In this document: piece by piece, positions 49,401 through 60,968 of the stretch | How the letters are laid out: each line of letters opens with the position of its first letter | Position numbering within the stretch: the stretch's first letter is position 1 | Source of the DNA: Lepidodermella squamata | Lineage: Eukaryota > Animalia > Gastrotricha | NCBI GenBank assembly: GCA_047495785.1 | Contig: JBLDXI010000019.1 | Coordinates: forward strand, 1,612,001 to 1,676,000 | Length of the DNA stretch: 64,000 nt | Reading direction: 5' to 3' | Notes under the pieces: model-generated | Seen by the model: only the letters and a program-made list of their open reading frames with translations | Databases searched by the model: none | Told to the model about the DNA's origin: nothing | Program-made: the position numbers and the translations under genes

Positions 49401-50941
49401 CACCCAGCAGGCGCTCATGTAAGCCACTTCATACAAGACCCTGCCTATTAATACGGTTCTGCCCTTTATTGTTTCAAATGACCATTACCCTCTGCCCTTT
49501 ATTCCGGTTCTGCCCTATAATTGGGTCCTGCCTAATAATTCGTAAAATACGGTATACAGGAAATTACGGGGAATCTCAACGTATTTTACTTGGATTCATT
49601 TTTTAATTATTTCTAAAATTCCAGAAAATTCAGAAAAATAGATTTAGGCGAATTAATTATTAAGAATTAAATAATACCACTACATAGTGGGGCAAATTTG
49701 GTTTTGCCAAAGACCATTATATTTGAGGCTTTCCAGATAGCGGAGCCGATATCGATTTCCATTATCGATTTTAACCCTGTTCATGTCAGTTTTAAGGTGA
49801 CATGACAAATAAAAATTCTTGTCAGGTTTCTGCAAATTCTTCGGTTTTGTTTTTTCATTCGAAAAACTGTTTCACTTTTCGCTTAAACCTCAAATCCGAC
49901 GTCTTCAACGACGCTAGCGCTAGGCGTCATATAAAGGCAACCTTTAAAATTGATCCACTGGCTACCAGGTTTCTAAAATGATAGGGAATCTTTATCAACC
50001 GAATTAGGAAATGTTTGATCAATCAAAATTAAATAATTTTCAGCAAGTTTTATCCTTATATTTTTTTAATTGTAGCCGGAATTGAAGGCGCATTCTGCAA
50101 GCAGACGGGCGAGCGCTTGGAGCCGTTGTCGCCGCAAGTCCTCGTCGACTGCACCGACCAGTACGACAACGCCGGTTGCGATGGCGGGCTCATGGTCAAC
50201 TCTTACAAGTTCTACAAAGACACTGGCAAATACTTCCCACTGCGCTGGCTGACGTACAGGAACCGCAAAGCTGTGTGCAACTACCTGACGAACGATTCAA
50301 TTCCTATTGTTCCCATCCAAATCGTGTCCTTCGTTATCATTCCGAGAAATTCAGAAGAAGCGCTTTTGAGGGTAATTGTTTGAGGTAAAAAATTGAAAAA
50401 ACGTGATTTTTCGGCGGTGATTTAGGCTATCATCAGAGCTGGAATTGTTTCATGTGCGATTGACGCGACGAGAAACTATTTGAGCTATCGCGGCGGAATT
50501 TTCTCGGATACAACATGCTCTGATACCACGCCAAATCACGCTATCAACTGTAAACTTATCGCTTCCTTATTTATTTTAATTTATCAATTTTCCACGCGCA
50601 GTTGTCGGCTACGGTTGCTCGAAACCTTGTACTACGGCGCGGGTAAAGCTATTAAATGATTTTATTCATTTTTTTATTTCGAGTATTGTTCAGAACCGAT
50701 GCTGTGGCAGTAATTTTTTGATCATGCGTAACAGGTATATTCGACTTTTGAAGGTTTAATTTGTGATCAATTTTTTTTATGAAGTTGGGGTACAAAGTGG
50801 GGCATCAATGGTAAGGTTTACCGTTGTTATGATTAATTATTATTCACTGAGTTATTTTTTATAGGTTACATGCAAATATTGCGAGGCGGCAAGCGAAATT
50901 GCGCAATTTACGTTTTATGCAGCTATGTCTTGGTCGCCTGA
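46435..50941 (+). CDS. CBM14-LamG-I29-C1A fusion protease, copy D
   Basis: Signal MLYYAKLLILSFSISLSNVSG; same 9-exon structure as B and C; QGTCGACFAF, NHA, RNSWG; stop at 50941; AATAAA at ~51057. Confidence 0.85.
47712..47751. repeat. 40-bp perfect palindrome associated with an 8-bp direct repeat (intron 1 of copy D)
   Basis: catcatagagaacgtagtga|tcactacgttctctatgatg; atgtaaac at 47704-47711 and 47749-47756. Confidence 0.9.
49106..49552. mobile_element. Tc1/mariner-pogo-type MITE with TA TSD (intron of copy D)
   Basis: ta|ccgtattttacgaattat ... ataattcgtaaaatacgg|ta; internal ctgccct repeats. Confidence 0.85.
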
Positions 50942-51479
50942 TAAGTTTCACCGGCCGTTTTAACCATAACAAGAAGAATTAAACTATCAATCATCATTAT
51001 TTATCATTTTTCGAAGCCGACTGCCCTTAATCGGTTTAACTTGAAACTTACACTTCAATAAACGCATTTTGCATATCAATAATATCTAATTTTAGAAAAA
51101 CTATGAGCTTTTCTTCCTGGGAAAACCCAGACACATGTGTGTTAGATAGAGGCGAAGAGCTGAGGCGGAAGGATGCTCGTATTTCAGCTAATCAACTTGG
51201 CTGCATTCGCGCTGTTATCGACGCGACTTTTTTATTTATCGCTAACTATAGATGATCATACTTGGCGTCTCTTTCGTTTCATTTTTTCATTTTCTTACTT
51301 TGATTTAGAGGTTCAAATGACTGCTGAACAAAAATAGTTTGCATTCTGACAAAGGATCGAATTTGTATGTGTTGACGGAAGTTCATCGCCCCCGGAGCAG
51401 CCGGACGTTAAATTCGAAAAGCTTTCACATCTTAAACCCCGAATACTTATCAATCGAATCATCACATTTCACGCGAAAC

Positions 51480-53873
51480 ATGATTCGAATAATTTTATTG
51501 ATGCTGCTCATGAGTTATGCAGATAGCCAATCACGGAAGCCGAACAAACTAACTTTCCTGAGCTTGGCGCCCTTCGCAAATGGAGTCTACGGCAATCCAA
51601 CTTGCCAAGCTGCTCTGAACGTTATAATCAACTACACAAACACCCGTCAAGACATTCTGCCCGACTACCATCTCGAAATTCGTGTGGAAGATGAAGGCAG
51701 CACTGCATATCTATCCCCAAGAAACTTATTTCGCTTTCTCGATAACTTTAACAAAGCTGGAGAGCAGAACTACCTGTCACCGATAGTATTTGGAACATCG
51801 GCGAATTGCCAGCATATTGCCCCGTCGCTGAAGGCTGTCAACCTCGCTGAATTCTCCCCGCAGTGCCACGGCCCGTTTTTGGTCGGGCGGAAGAGGCAGT
51901 ATAACAACTTGTTTAGATTTATCATTCCATCCGAATACGTCACGATAGCCCTGTTGCTTTTCGCGAAGCAGGTCGGTGGGTGGAGAGAGATAGGCGTTGT
52001 AACGAATAGCGCTAATCCGAATGATTACATGATTGCTCAATCTCTTTTAAGCATCGCGACCCCGAGCGGCGTAAACATCATCTATTTAGGAATAGCAGAC
52101 GGAACAATCACGGAGGAGCACGTTCAGCCGCTGAAGGATAGCCATGCTAGAATTTTTGCTCTCATAACAACAAATGTGCAGATGTGTGTTCGATTCCTGT
52201 GCACGTCTCACAAGCTTGGACTCCGGGCGCCTCAGTATGCGATTTTCATCATGTTCAGCTGTTTTTTCCAAGCGGATACCATCGCCCTGCCGCCAGATTG
52301 CTCGCGTTCTGATTTGTATGAACAGCTTGACATTGTTCTGTGGACGGGAATGTATCGTGGGACGATGCTACCCACGGTCAAAACGACAATGGGCTATGAC
52401 GCAGCGTGGCTTAATGGCAAAATCGATCAGGAGTTGAATTACAAGAAAGCTGCGGATGATGATAATCGAGCGTATTGCAGCGATGTGGCCATGGCGGCTG
52501 TCCTAGCCCTCAACAAAACGGAAACCATTCTTCAGGACGTTTACAAAATGTCTCTTATGGATTTTTTGAAAAGTCCACAGTTAGTCGCTCAAGTTACAAA
52601 CTCATCTGCCGTCGCGATGGATTTCGTGGGCTTAAGACTGGGGCGTATGAAGTATTCCGAACGCCTGGAACTTGAAGCGGAAGACATGTGGATAGGACAG
52701 CGATCTCGTTTGTCAGGCGACGTTCAAATGCTGTACAGAATTACAAGACTGAACAACGAGGCGGATCTAAATATATCCGCTTATCGAATGACGCAGCTAA
52801 GGAAACCTAATTGGATGACAAAATCACGAAATCCACCAAGTGATTTGTCGGAAGTTTTTGTAATCCTCAACGGAATTTCTTTGTCGGCATGTATCGTGGT
52901 AAGCGTCATTGCAGGTTTAGCAATTCTCGTACAAATTGCTCAAGCTATCAAGATTATCAAGCAGCACCGCTCAAATATGTATTTTAATTGCTTATCTAAG
53001 CTTGCTCTGTTCGCCGGATTCATATTTTTGGACATCTCAGCGTTTACGTTAACATTGGGTGGCAAGTATTTTCATAGCATCAGCTGTATTGCCAAAGTTG
53101 TTCTAGTCACTGTTGGATTATCGATTATCAGTGGTGTGTTTTTCACTCAGAGCTTCAGCTACGCGAGAGTAGCGAATTTCCCTCGCAAAAATTCGACGCC
53201 ACATCACTCGGCTATGGTTGAAAACGGAAGCTCAATTGCCACCTATCGTTCAGTTCGGAGTCGCGAAAACAATACTAGGAGACGAAAGTTGGGTGGGAGT
53301 TCTTCATATCGAATATCTACACGAACGGAATACTCCTCAAGACTTGACTTCAGATTGAAGTTCCTAGCTACGGTACTCATCGGAATTCCTATCGGTGTTC
53401 TGCTAATCTGGCTCATTGGCGTTGACCCAATAAGAACTGACATCAAACTATTACCAGTTGAGTTCGATAACGTCTCTGACAAGTATTTCATAACCAGTTT
53501 CAAAATATGTTCTTCTGACTTCTTCACCTATTGGATTTCGGCTTTGCTAGCGTATGAAACCTTGATATTGTTGGTTAGCGGCTTATTCGCGTATCAAATG
53601 GGCACCTTACTGATACCGAAGGATTTCGAAAGCGAATGCAGAGCGCTGAGGTTTGCAATTGCGAACGTCTGTGTTATGTTCTTCTCCACTTGCCTGGCAG
53701 TTGTTTGCTTCACGTCTCCTCAAAATGCGCCCTGGCTTCCAGATTTGGTTCTAGCGATTGGCTCTGTAATTCTGTCTTTTTCGACGAGTTCTTTGCTTTT
53801 TTATCTTCTCAGTGGTTCTGTGATGAAGCTAAGACCCGGTCGAAGTACAATTACGGTGATGCCGGAAAGTTGA
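51480..53873 (+). CDS. Class C GPCR, GABA-B-type architecture (Venus flytrap + 7TM), copy 1
   Basis: Intronless; signal MIRIILLMLLMSYADS; NTRQDILPDYHLEI (ANF receptor domain); seven hydrophobic segments; IWLIGVDP, CSS, ESECRALRFAI; no Cys-rich domain. Confidence 0.85.
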   Translation: MIRIILLMLLMSYADSQSRKPNKLTFLSLAPFANGVYGNPTCQAALNVIINYTNTRQDILPDYHLEIRVEDEGSTAYLSPRNLFRFLDNFNKAGEQNYLSPIVFGTSANCQHIAPSLKAVNLAEFSPQCHGPFLVGRKRQYNNLFRFIIPSEYVTIALLLFAKQVGGWREIGVVTNSANPNDYMIAQSLLSIATPSGVNIIYLGIADGTITEEHVQPLKDSHARIFALITTNVQMCVRFLCTSHKLGLRAPQYAIFIMFSCFFQADTIALPPDCSRSDLYEQLDIVLWTGMYRGTMLPTVKTTMGYDAAWLNGKIDQELNYKKAADDDNRAYCSDVAMAAVLALNKTETILQDVYKMSLMDFLKSPQLVAQVTNSSAVAMDFVGLRLGRMKYSERLELEAEDMWIGQRSRLSGDVQMLYRITRLNNEADLNISAYRMTQLRKPNWMTKSRNPPSDLSEVFVILNGISLSACIVVSVIAGLAILVQIAQAIKIIKQHRSNMYFNCLSKLALFAGFIFLDISAFTLTLGGKYFHSISCIAKVVLVTVGLSIISGVFFTQSFSYARVANFPRKNSTPHHSAMVENGSSIATYRSVRSRENNTRRRKLGGSSSYRISTRTEYSSRLDFRLKFLATVLIGIPIGVLLIWLIGVDPIRTDIKLLPVEFDNVSDKYFITSFKICSSDFFTYWISALLAYETLILLVSGLFAYQMGTLLIPKDFESECRALRFAIANVCVMFFSTCLAVVCFTSPQNAPWLPDLVLAIGSVILSFSTSSLLFYLLSGSVMKLRPGRSTITVMPES

Positions 53874-55069
53874 CATAACGGTGAAAAAAGAACCTGAGCC
53901 ATGTTCGCTTCGAACTTCTAATAAATAATAATGTATTAAATCTGATAATTGATTGCGTTTTTCAAGAAAATCTTCTGGTTTAAACAACGAAATAATGGAG
54001 CCAATGCGCTAATACCTGCAGACCACCATTTCTTTCTTTGAGATCAACGATTTTGTTTATCTAATTTAATTAGCTTAAGGCCGTTGTCGCGCAGTCGAGC
54101 GTGTGATTACTGGCTACTGTCCTCCCTTGTCTAGTCTCGACTTTCGTCGGTTTGAGAAAGATTTTGCTGCTGCTGCCCGCCTCGGCCTCCTATGTTTTTT
54201 AAGCAGCAATCTCAATGTGAAATCTTCGTTCTGGGGAAAGCAGGACCTTTGGAATGCCAACGGCTTTTCGCTCCGCCATGCTGCAACTCAACTTGGCCTC
54301 GTGATTCTGCCGCCCCTGAAACCGACTCACCATCACCTTGCCAATGGCACCTTTTCAACCCTCGATGTCTAGGTACTCAACGACGCTGCACTGCGCCTGC
54401 GATGCGTTGGAGTACTTGTTGGAGACCAGTACACGAGCGATCACTTTTGCGATATTTAAAACTTCAACTAATTAATTTTAAATTTTCAAAATTTAATTAT
54501 TAAACAAAGTCGAATGGAGCCCGGCATTTTAATTTGTTAGGCTGCAAAATATTTAGAATATTCACGAGCAAAAATTTGAACACGTCTTATCGTCAGCCGG
54601 CGTGCTCTGAGTCCTGTCTACGTCACATGGTCGGCTCAGGGTCCTTGACGCCCGGTTTCGTGAGGCGAAGCAAGCCCATCAACTCCATATGCACGCAAGG
54701 TTCCTCCACACGTCGCTCACACAATTCACACTTACCTTTTGCATCTTCGCCAAGTCAGTGTCAGTTCCTCGACAAGTGTCACATGTTATCACCATAAAGG
54801 CACGTATATACGGGCATAACAAGACATCGATAATTTGTATTGTTAGCAGTTAGCAATATATTGTGTGTGCCCAAAAATCATCCCATGATACGGTCTAATT
54901 ACTCTGGAACAACCCGCAACTCATTATCACATGATTTGAAGCAATCAATCACGAAAATGCTTAATGACTGAAAGAGACATAAAGCGACGATCTCAAGTCA
55001 TTTTTCCACTATTTTCATGCGGAAATATTTTTTTGCTGTCGGTTACTCTCTTACAAGTCGATGGAAATA

Positions 55070-55446
55070 ATGGTCGTTCCGCTTATATCAATAACTCTTT
55101 TATACCTTTTTATGAGTTCAACAGTATCATCATCACTGCCTATTGATGAAACTGGCAAGAACACATCGGAAAGACTACATTCTCTTTGTAATATTTATTC
55201 AGATTTAGAAGGATTTTCTATCTATACAGTAATTTTCTCTCTACAGGTAGGCTCGTTTCAATGTTGGTGGAAAGGCAGGATTTCAAAACGTTGGCTGACG
55301 TTTGGGAAGCTGCTCGGGCTCGCCAGCAACGGCAGCGAATGCGAAAATGCATAGCCCACCTTGGCTCGGCTGCCATCTGTAAGAACACGGTGGGCTTCTA
55401 CATTTGGGCCCAAATGCTAGCTCGCGACATAATGGCTGGCAACTGA
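55070..55446 (+). CDS. Small secreted peptide precursor candidate (2 exons, GC-AG intron 55155-55246)
   Basis: Joining gives MVVPLISITLLYLFMSSTVSSSLPIDETG|RLVSMLVERQDFKTLADVWEAARARQQRQRMRKCIAHLGSAAICKNTVGFYIWAQMLARDIMAGN*; donor ctg|gcaaga, strong acceptor ttttctctctacag. Confidence 0.5.
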
Positions 55447-57828
55447 GCTGAAAGCTGAACCCTGGGTCTATAAAGCTATTTGCCTAATGTCGAAACGAAT
55501 TATTCAGAAAACTCCACGCGAAAAACTTTTATTACTTTATTTTTCATTGTGATGGATTTTTTAAATATCGCATTTTCCGACTTCTGGCCTACCGTCAATA
55601 GGAATAATTCAAGGAAAAGCGACCGGGCCTGTTTCATTTTTATTTCACTCCAATGCAAAACATTGCTTTTTAATTTCAAACCATGCATCTTGCTTCAACA
55701 GTCGCAACAGTTGCTGTATTGCAAGATTCCCTCAAAAGCCAACACCCAAGAGACCAATTTGCGATGTTTAACAATTTGATTGTACGCCCGAAATATACTA
55801 GTTTGTTGACAACATTCTCGGATTCTCTCATTTGCAAGTTGATGCAACTTGCTTGTCAAAACTGCTATGCTTGGTGGTGATAACCAGTTTTTTGGAGTAA
55901 AGAAACTGTATAAAACAAACTGCTTGGTTTTGATTTTGATAGCTTGGTGTTGATGACCAATAAACAATCAGCTGCACCAGTAATAGTACCTGTAATTAGC
56001 ATAATTAATGAAATAACTTAATAACTAATAAAATGCTGCAACAAGTCGTTTTTGAAAACAAACCGATGTTTTAGTTGGGTAGATCGATCCCATGACCGTT
56101 TTAGCAATGTTCAAATCATTAGGACATCGAGTCTCTACTTTCCATCAGCCATCTCATTACACATCTCATTGCACAAGCATGCAACTCATCATCTCATCAT
56201 AGCTTGGCTCTGTCCTGAATTGAAACTGACTTAATTATATTAGCCTCGATATTGCCGGCTGATTTCAGCTCACAGACTAATGCAGTGGGGCCTCGATCTT
56301 AATTAGAGTGTCCGATGTCCTCGAAGCTGACGCCCTTAAAGCAAATTAATCGTGAGTGTAACGGGCGGAATGTCTCCTCATTTTTCATGGCATGTTGAAA
56401 TTCCGTGCTAAAAAGCTAAAAAAGCTAAAAAATGAACTTCAAACAGTTATACTCATTTGTGAGATATTACTAGTTAATTGAGCTTGGAATGCATCCTATC
56501 TTAGGGCTATGCAATTAGGTATATCTCGTTTTCAAGCTGATTGAACTTCCCTTTCAGTAGTTTGGGGCACATATTTGGATTCGGCAGTAGCTTGCCCAAG
56601 AACTACTTGCGAAGAACTACTTGAATGCTGAGGCTTTTCCGAGTGATTTCTGCGTGTCGAGGTGGCTGAAATTTGATTTTCGAACCTTCTTTGAGCGAAA
56701 GCTTTTGATGACTCGCCACATTTTACCACAATCGCCACCAGCTTCCGCGATTTGTCAGCAGGATTTGGCTCATCGCACTTTGCATTGGTGTCGTTGGTAT
56801 TCTCAATTTTTCGCGGGCGAGCAGCATATCTACTGTCAATGTTTGTTTCGTTCTCTTCGTTGGCGTGGTTTCCGACGGTTTTTTCACGGGACTTTCTGGT
56901 GCCACCTCTTTGATTGAGGTAATGTTTCGGTACTTGCTCGTATCATCTTCAGACTCGAGAACAAATATAAAAGGAATTACAGTAAAAATCACAAAAATTG
57001 AGAAAAACAAAACAAGAATTCTAAAATAATTTTAATTCGACCCAGTTTGTCAGCACATGCTAATTTTGATGCTAATGCTAATTTTGAGCATCTTAATTAG
57101 AAGATTTTTGTGCAAGAGGCACTCCCACCTGCTGCGGCATTTGCGCATTACGGTCAAGCAAATTTTTCGCCATTTTATTCCGCTTATACCCGCACCTGGC
57201 TTCACGTCATGGCATTCGATAGGGGATAGGGTTTCAGATTTTTACTTAAAACTTGCTCAACATTTATAAATGCATTTTTCATATCGGGTGGTCGACTGAA
57301 CTACCTGCCTAAAATAGAACCAATTTTTTTGCATCGCCACCAAGTCAGTCACGTGCCGGAAAAAGTGAGCGCCAGTTTTTTCTGTCAGTTTTTTCTGTGC
57401 ATCAAAAATCAAAAGCATTACGCCAATCGTTTCTATTTTAGGCAGGTTATTCTGTCGCCCACCCCGCGTGGATTTTTCCTCGGAAAAAATCACGTGATAT
57501 CAAGGTGGAGTGAGTAATAGCAGAAGGATGCCAATGCTTCTCGTATATCAGCCATTCGTCTCGTCCGCGTCAATGTTCGCATCTCCTTTTCAGCTGCTGC
57601 TAAATATGGATGTTTATTAATATATAATGTTCATTCAGAGAATCGACTACTGAATACAGTTTAATCAGTTAAAAGACTGTCAAAAAATAAAGTTGATGCG
57701 AGTGTTGACGGAAGTTCACCGCCTTCAGAGCAGAGTCGGACGTTCGAAAGGTTTTCGGAGCAGAGTTGGATTTACCATTAGCAATGTTTTCTCTCATATT
57801 ACCGCGAAAATTCTCAATCGCAATAAAA

Positions 57829-60246
57829 ATGCTTCAATTACTTTCGTTAATGCTGCTCATGAGCTATGCAGATTGCCAATCGCGAAAGCCCAATAAACTA
57901 ACCTTTCTTCACTTGGCACCCTTCACAAATGGGGTCTACGGCAATCCAACTTGCCAAGCTGCTATGAACGTGATCATCAACTACACAAATACCCGTCAGG
58001 ACATTCTGCCCGACTATCATCTCGAAATTCGTGTGGAAGATGAAGGAAGTACTGCATATCTATCCCCTAGAAATCTGTTCCGTTATCTCGATAGCTTCAA
58101 AAAAGCTGGAGAGCAGAACTATCCGGGTCCTATAGTATTTGGTACATCGGCGAATTGCCAGCATATTGCCCCGTCTTTAAAAGCTATGAACCTTGTCGAG
58201 TTCTCACCACAGTGCAACGGCCCGTTTTTGGTCGGGCGCAAAAGGTTGTATAACAATCTGTTCAGATTTATCATTCCATCCGAATACATCACGATTGCCG
58301 TGTTGCTTTTCGCTAAGCAAGTCGGTGGTTGGAAAGAGATAGGAGTTGTAACGAATAGCGCTAATGCAAATGATTACATGACTGCTCAATCTCTGTTAAG
58401 AATCGCAACACCGAGCGGCATTAACATAGTCTATTTAGGAATAGCAGACGGCGCAATCACCGAGGAGCACGTTCAACCGCTCAAGGACAGCAATACAAGA
58501 ATCGTCGCCCTCATAACAAGTAATTTGCAGATGTGTGTTAGATTCCTGTGCACGTCTCACAGGCTTGGACTCCGGGCGCCTCAGTACGCGATTTTCATCA
58601 TGTTCAGCTGTTTTTTCCAAGCGGATACCATCGCCCTGCCGTCAGATTGCGCGCGGTCTAATTTGTATGAGCAGCTTGAAATTGTTCTATGGACGGGAAT
58701 GTATCGAGGAACAATGCAATCCATGGTCAAAACGACACTGGGCTATGACGCATCCTGGCTTAATAGCAAGATCGATCAGGAGTTGAATTACAAAAAAGCT
58801 GCGGATGATGATAATCGAGCGTATTGCAGTGATATGGCCATGGCAGCTGTCCTAGCGCTCAACAAGACGGAAACGATTCTTCAGGATGCATTCAACAAGT
58901 CGCTTTTGGATTTTTCGAAAACTCCAGAGTTGGTCGTTCAAGTTACAAACTCTTCTGCAGTTGCCATGGATTTCGTGGGCTTGAGGCTAGGGCATATGAA
59001 GTATTCCGAACGCCTGGAACTTGAAGGGGAAGATATGTGGATAGGGCAAAGGTCCCGTTTGTCCGGTGAAGTCGAAATGATGTACAGAATTACAAGACTG
59101 AACAACGAGGCGGATCTAAATATATCCGCTTATCGAATGACGCAGCTAAGGAAACCTAATTGGATGACAAAATCACGAAATCCACCAAGTGATTTGTCGG
59201 AAGTTTTTGTAATACCCAACGCAATTTCTTTGTCGGCATGTATCGTGGTAAGCGTCATTGCAGGTTTAGCAATTCTCGTACAAATTGCTCAAGCTATCAA
59301 GATTATCAAGCAGCACAGATCAAAAATGTATTTCCACTGCTCATCCAAGCTAGCTTTGTACGCCGGATTCATCTGTCTTGACATCTCAGCGTTTACGTTA
59401 ACATTGGGTGGCAAGTATTTTCATAGCATCAGCTGTATTGCCAAAGTTCTTCTAGTCGCAGTTGGATTCTCAATAATTAGCGGCGTTTTTCTGACGCAGA
59501 GCTTCAGCTACGCCAGAGTAGCAAATTTTCCTCCCAAAAATTCGACGCCAAATCACTCAGCTATGGTTGAAAACGGAAGCTCTATTGCCACCCACCGCTC
59601 AGTTCGAAGTCGCGAAAACAGTACCAGGAGACGAAGGTTGGGTGGAAATTCTTCAATTCGGTTGGGTGGGAGTTCTTCATATCGAATATCTACACGAACG
59701 GAATACTCTGCAAGAACTGACTTTAGATTGAAGTTCCTATCTACCTTGCTCATCGGAATTCCTATCGGTGTTATGCTAATCTGGCTCATTGGCGTTGACC
59801 CAATAAGAACTGATATCAAACTATTACCAGTCGAGTTCGATAACGTGTCTGATAAGTATTTCATAACCAGTTTCAAAATATGCTCGTCCGACTTCTTCAC
59901 CTATTGGATATCGTCTTTGCTAGCCTATGAAACCTTGGTGTTGTTGGTTAGCGGCTTATTAGCCTATCAAATGGGCACCTTACTGATACCGAAGGATTTC
60001 GAAAGCGAATGCAGAGCGCTGAGGTTTGCAATTGCTAAACTCAGCGTGATGTTCTTCTCAACTTGCCTCGCAGTTGTTTGCTTCACGTCTCCTCAAAATG
60101 CGCCCTGGCTTCCGGATTTGGTTCTAGCGATTGGCGCTGTAATTCTGTCTCTGTCAACGAGCTCCTTGTTTTCCTATCTTCTCGGTGCCTCTGTGATGAA
60201 GCCAAGAGCTGGCCGTGGTACAATTACAGTGATGCCCGAAGGTTGA
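57829..60246 (+). CDS. Class C GPCR, GABA-B-type, copy 2
   Basis: Intronless close paralog of copy 1 along its whole length; signal MLQLLSLMLLMSYADC. Confidence 0.85.
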   Translation: MLQLLSLMLLMSYADCQSRKPNKLTFLHLAPFTNGVYGNPTCQAAMNVIINYTNTRQDILPDYHLEIRVEDEGSTAYLSPRNLFRYLDSFKKAGEQNYPGPIVFGTSANCQHIAPSLKAMNLVEFSPQCNGPFLVGRKRLYNNLFRFIIPSEYITIAVLLFAKQVGGWKEIGVVTNSANANDYMTAQSLLRIATPSGINIVYLGIADGAITEEHVQPLKDSNTRIVALITSNLQMCVRFLCTSHRLGLRAPQYAIFIMFSCFFQADTIALPSDCARSNLYEQLEIVLWTGMYRGTMQSMVKTTLGYDASWLNSKIDQELNYKKAADDDNRAYCSDMAMAAVLALNKTETILQDAFNKSLLDFSKTPELVVQVTNSSAVAMDFVGLRLGHMKYSERLELEGEDMWIGQRSRLSGEVEMMYRITRLNNEADLNISAYRMTQLRKPNWMTKSRNPPSDLSEVFVIPNAISLSACIVVSVIAGLAILVQIAQAIKIIKQHRSKMYFHCSSKLALYAGFICLDISAFTLTLGGKYFHSISCIAKVLLVAVGFSIISGVFLTQSFSYARVANFPPKNSTPNHSAMVENGSSIATHRSVRSRENSTRRRRLGGNSSIRLGGSSSYRISTRTEYSARTDFRLKFLSTLLIGIPIGVMLIWLIGVDPIRTDIKLLPVEFDNVSDKYFITSFKICSSDFFTYWISSLLAYETLVLLVSGLLAYQMGTLLIPKDFESECRALRFAIAKLSVMFFSTCLAVVCFTSPQNAPWLPDLVLAIGAVILSLSTSSLFSYLLGASVMKPRAGRGTITVMPEG

Positions 60247-60968
60247 CATTATAAAAAGAGTCTGATCGAGCTTCCAATTTGAAGAAGGAAGAATTTTTAG
60301 AATTAAATCTGATGACTGACTGAGTTTTAATCTCCTAGTTTAAGCAAAGAAGCAATCGTTTAACATGCTCAAAGACAAACGCTAGTGATCAGATGTGGAA
60401 GGGACAATCGTGAAAGAAGCAAAATGGCTTAAATCTATATGATCCAGGTGGTTTCTTGCACATGCTCTCCGATTTCCGCGCATATTGGATGGCACATACT
60501 ACCATTGCTTCCTGTGTTGGTATGATAGAGTTATATCTATCTCTGACGCATCAAGTTCGCCCCTGCAACCGGAAATAGAGACTTCAACGGTTTAATTTCA
60601 AAGTGATGACATTCGAGGCCGTGACCGATTTCAACGTGAATTTGCGTTAAAAGCTTTCATACAGCTAGCTGATCAGGATTTCCACTGCGAAGTTGGCGTT
60701 GGCGGTTTTAGCGAAAGTCTTCAAAATTAAATAGATTTATTTGGCTTCAATACTAGGAAAAATGTAGCTGCTTATAGCTGAAATTTAGCTCACACTGCTA
60801 CTCAGGCTTATGACGCAAGGCATTTCAGTAAATTAAATTAAAAGGCAGTACCTAGTAATTCGATATTTACAGTGGCTGAGTTTTCGCTGCAATACATCAT
60901 GAATTACTTTTAATATCTTTTGATTTTTATGGTCTATTTAATTAATTTAATTTATTTCCTAATAGTGA

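Noticed and set aside
49046-49606. 186-aa ORF
   Set aside because: Runs through an intronic MITE; repetitive, with no protein motif.
49791-49948. TTAA-flanked segment suggesting Kolobok/piggyBac
   Set aside because: No convincing TIR beyond a few bases.
51339-51479. Upstream non-ATG extensions of several ORFs (51339, 57766, 36277, 26080)
   Set aside because: TTG/GTG starts from the ORF caller; downstream ATGs give proper signal peptides.
56532-57010. Two low-complexity minus-strand ORFs (also 54100-54800 ORFs)
   Set aside because: No ATG start or domain, and no coherent gene model.
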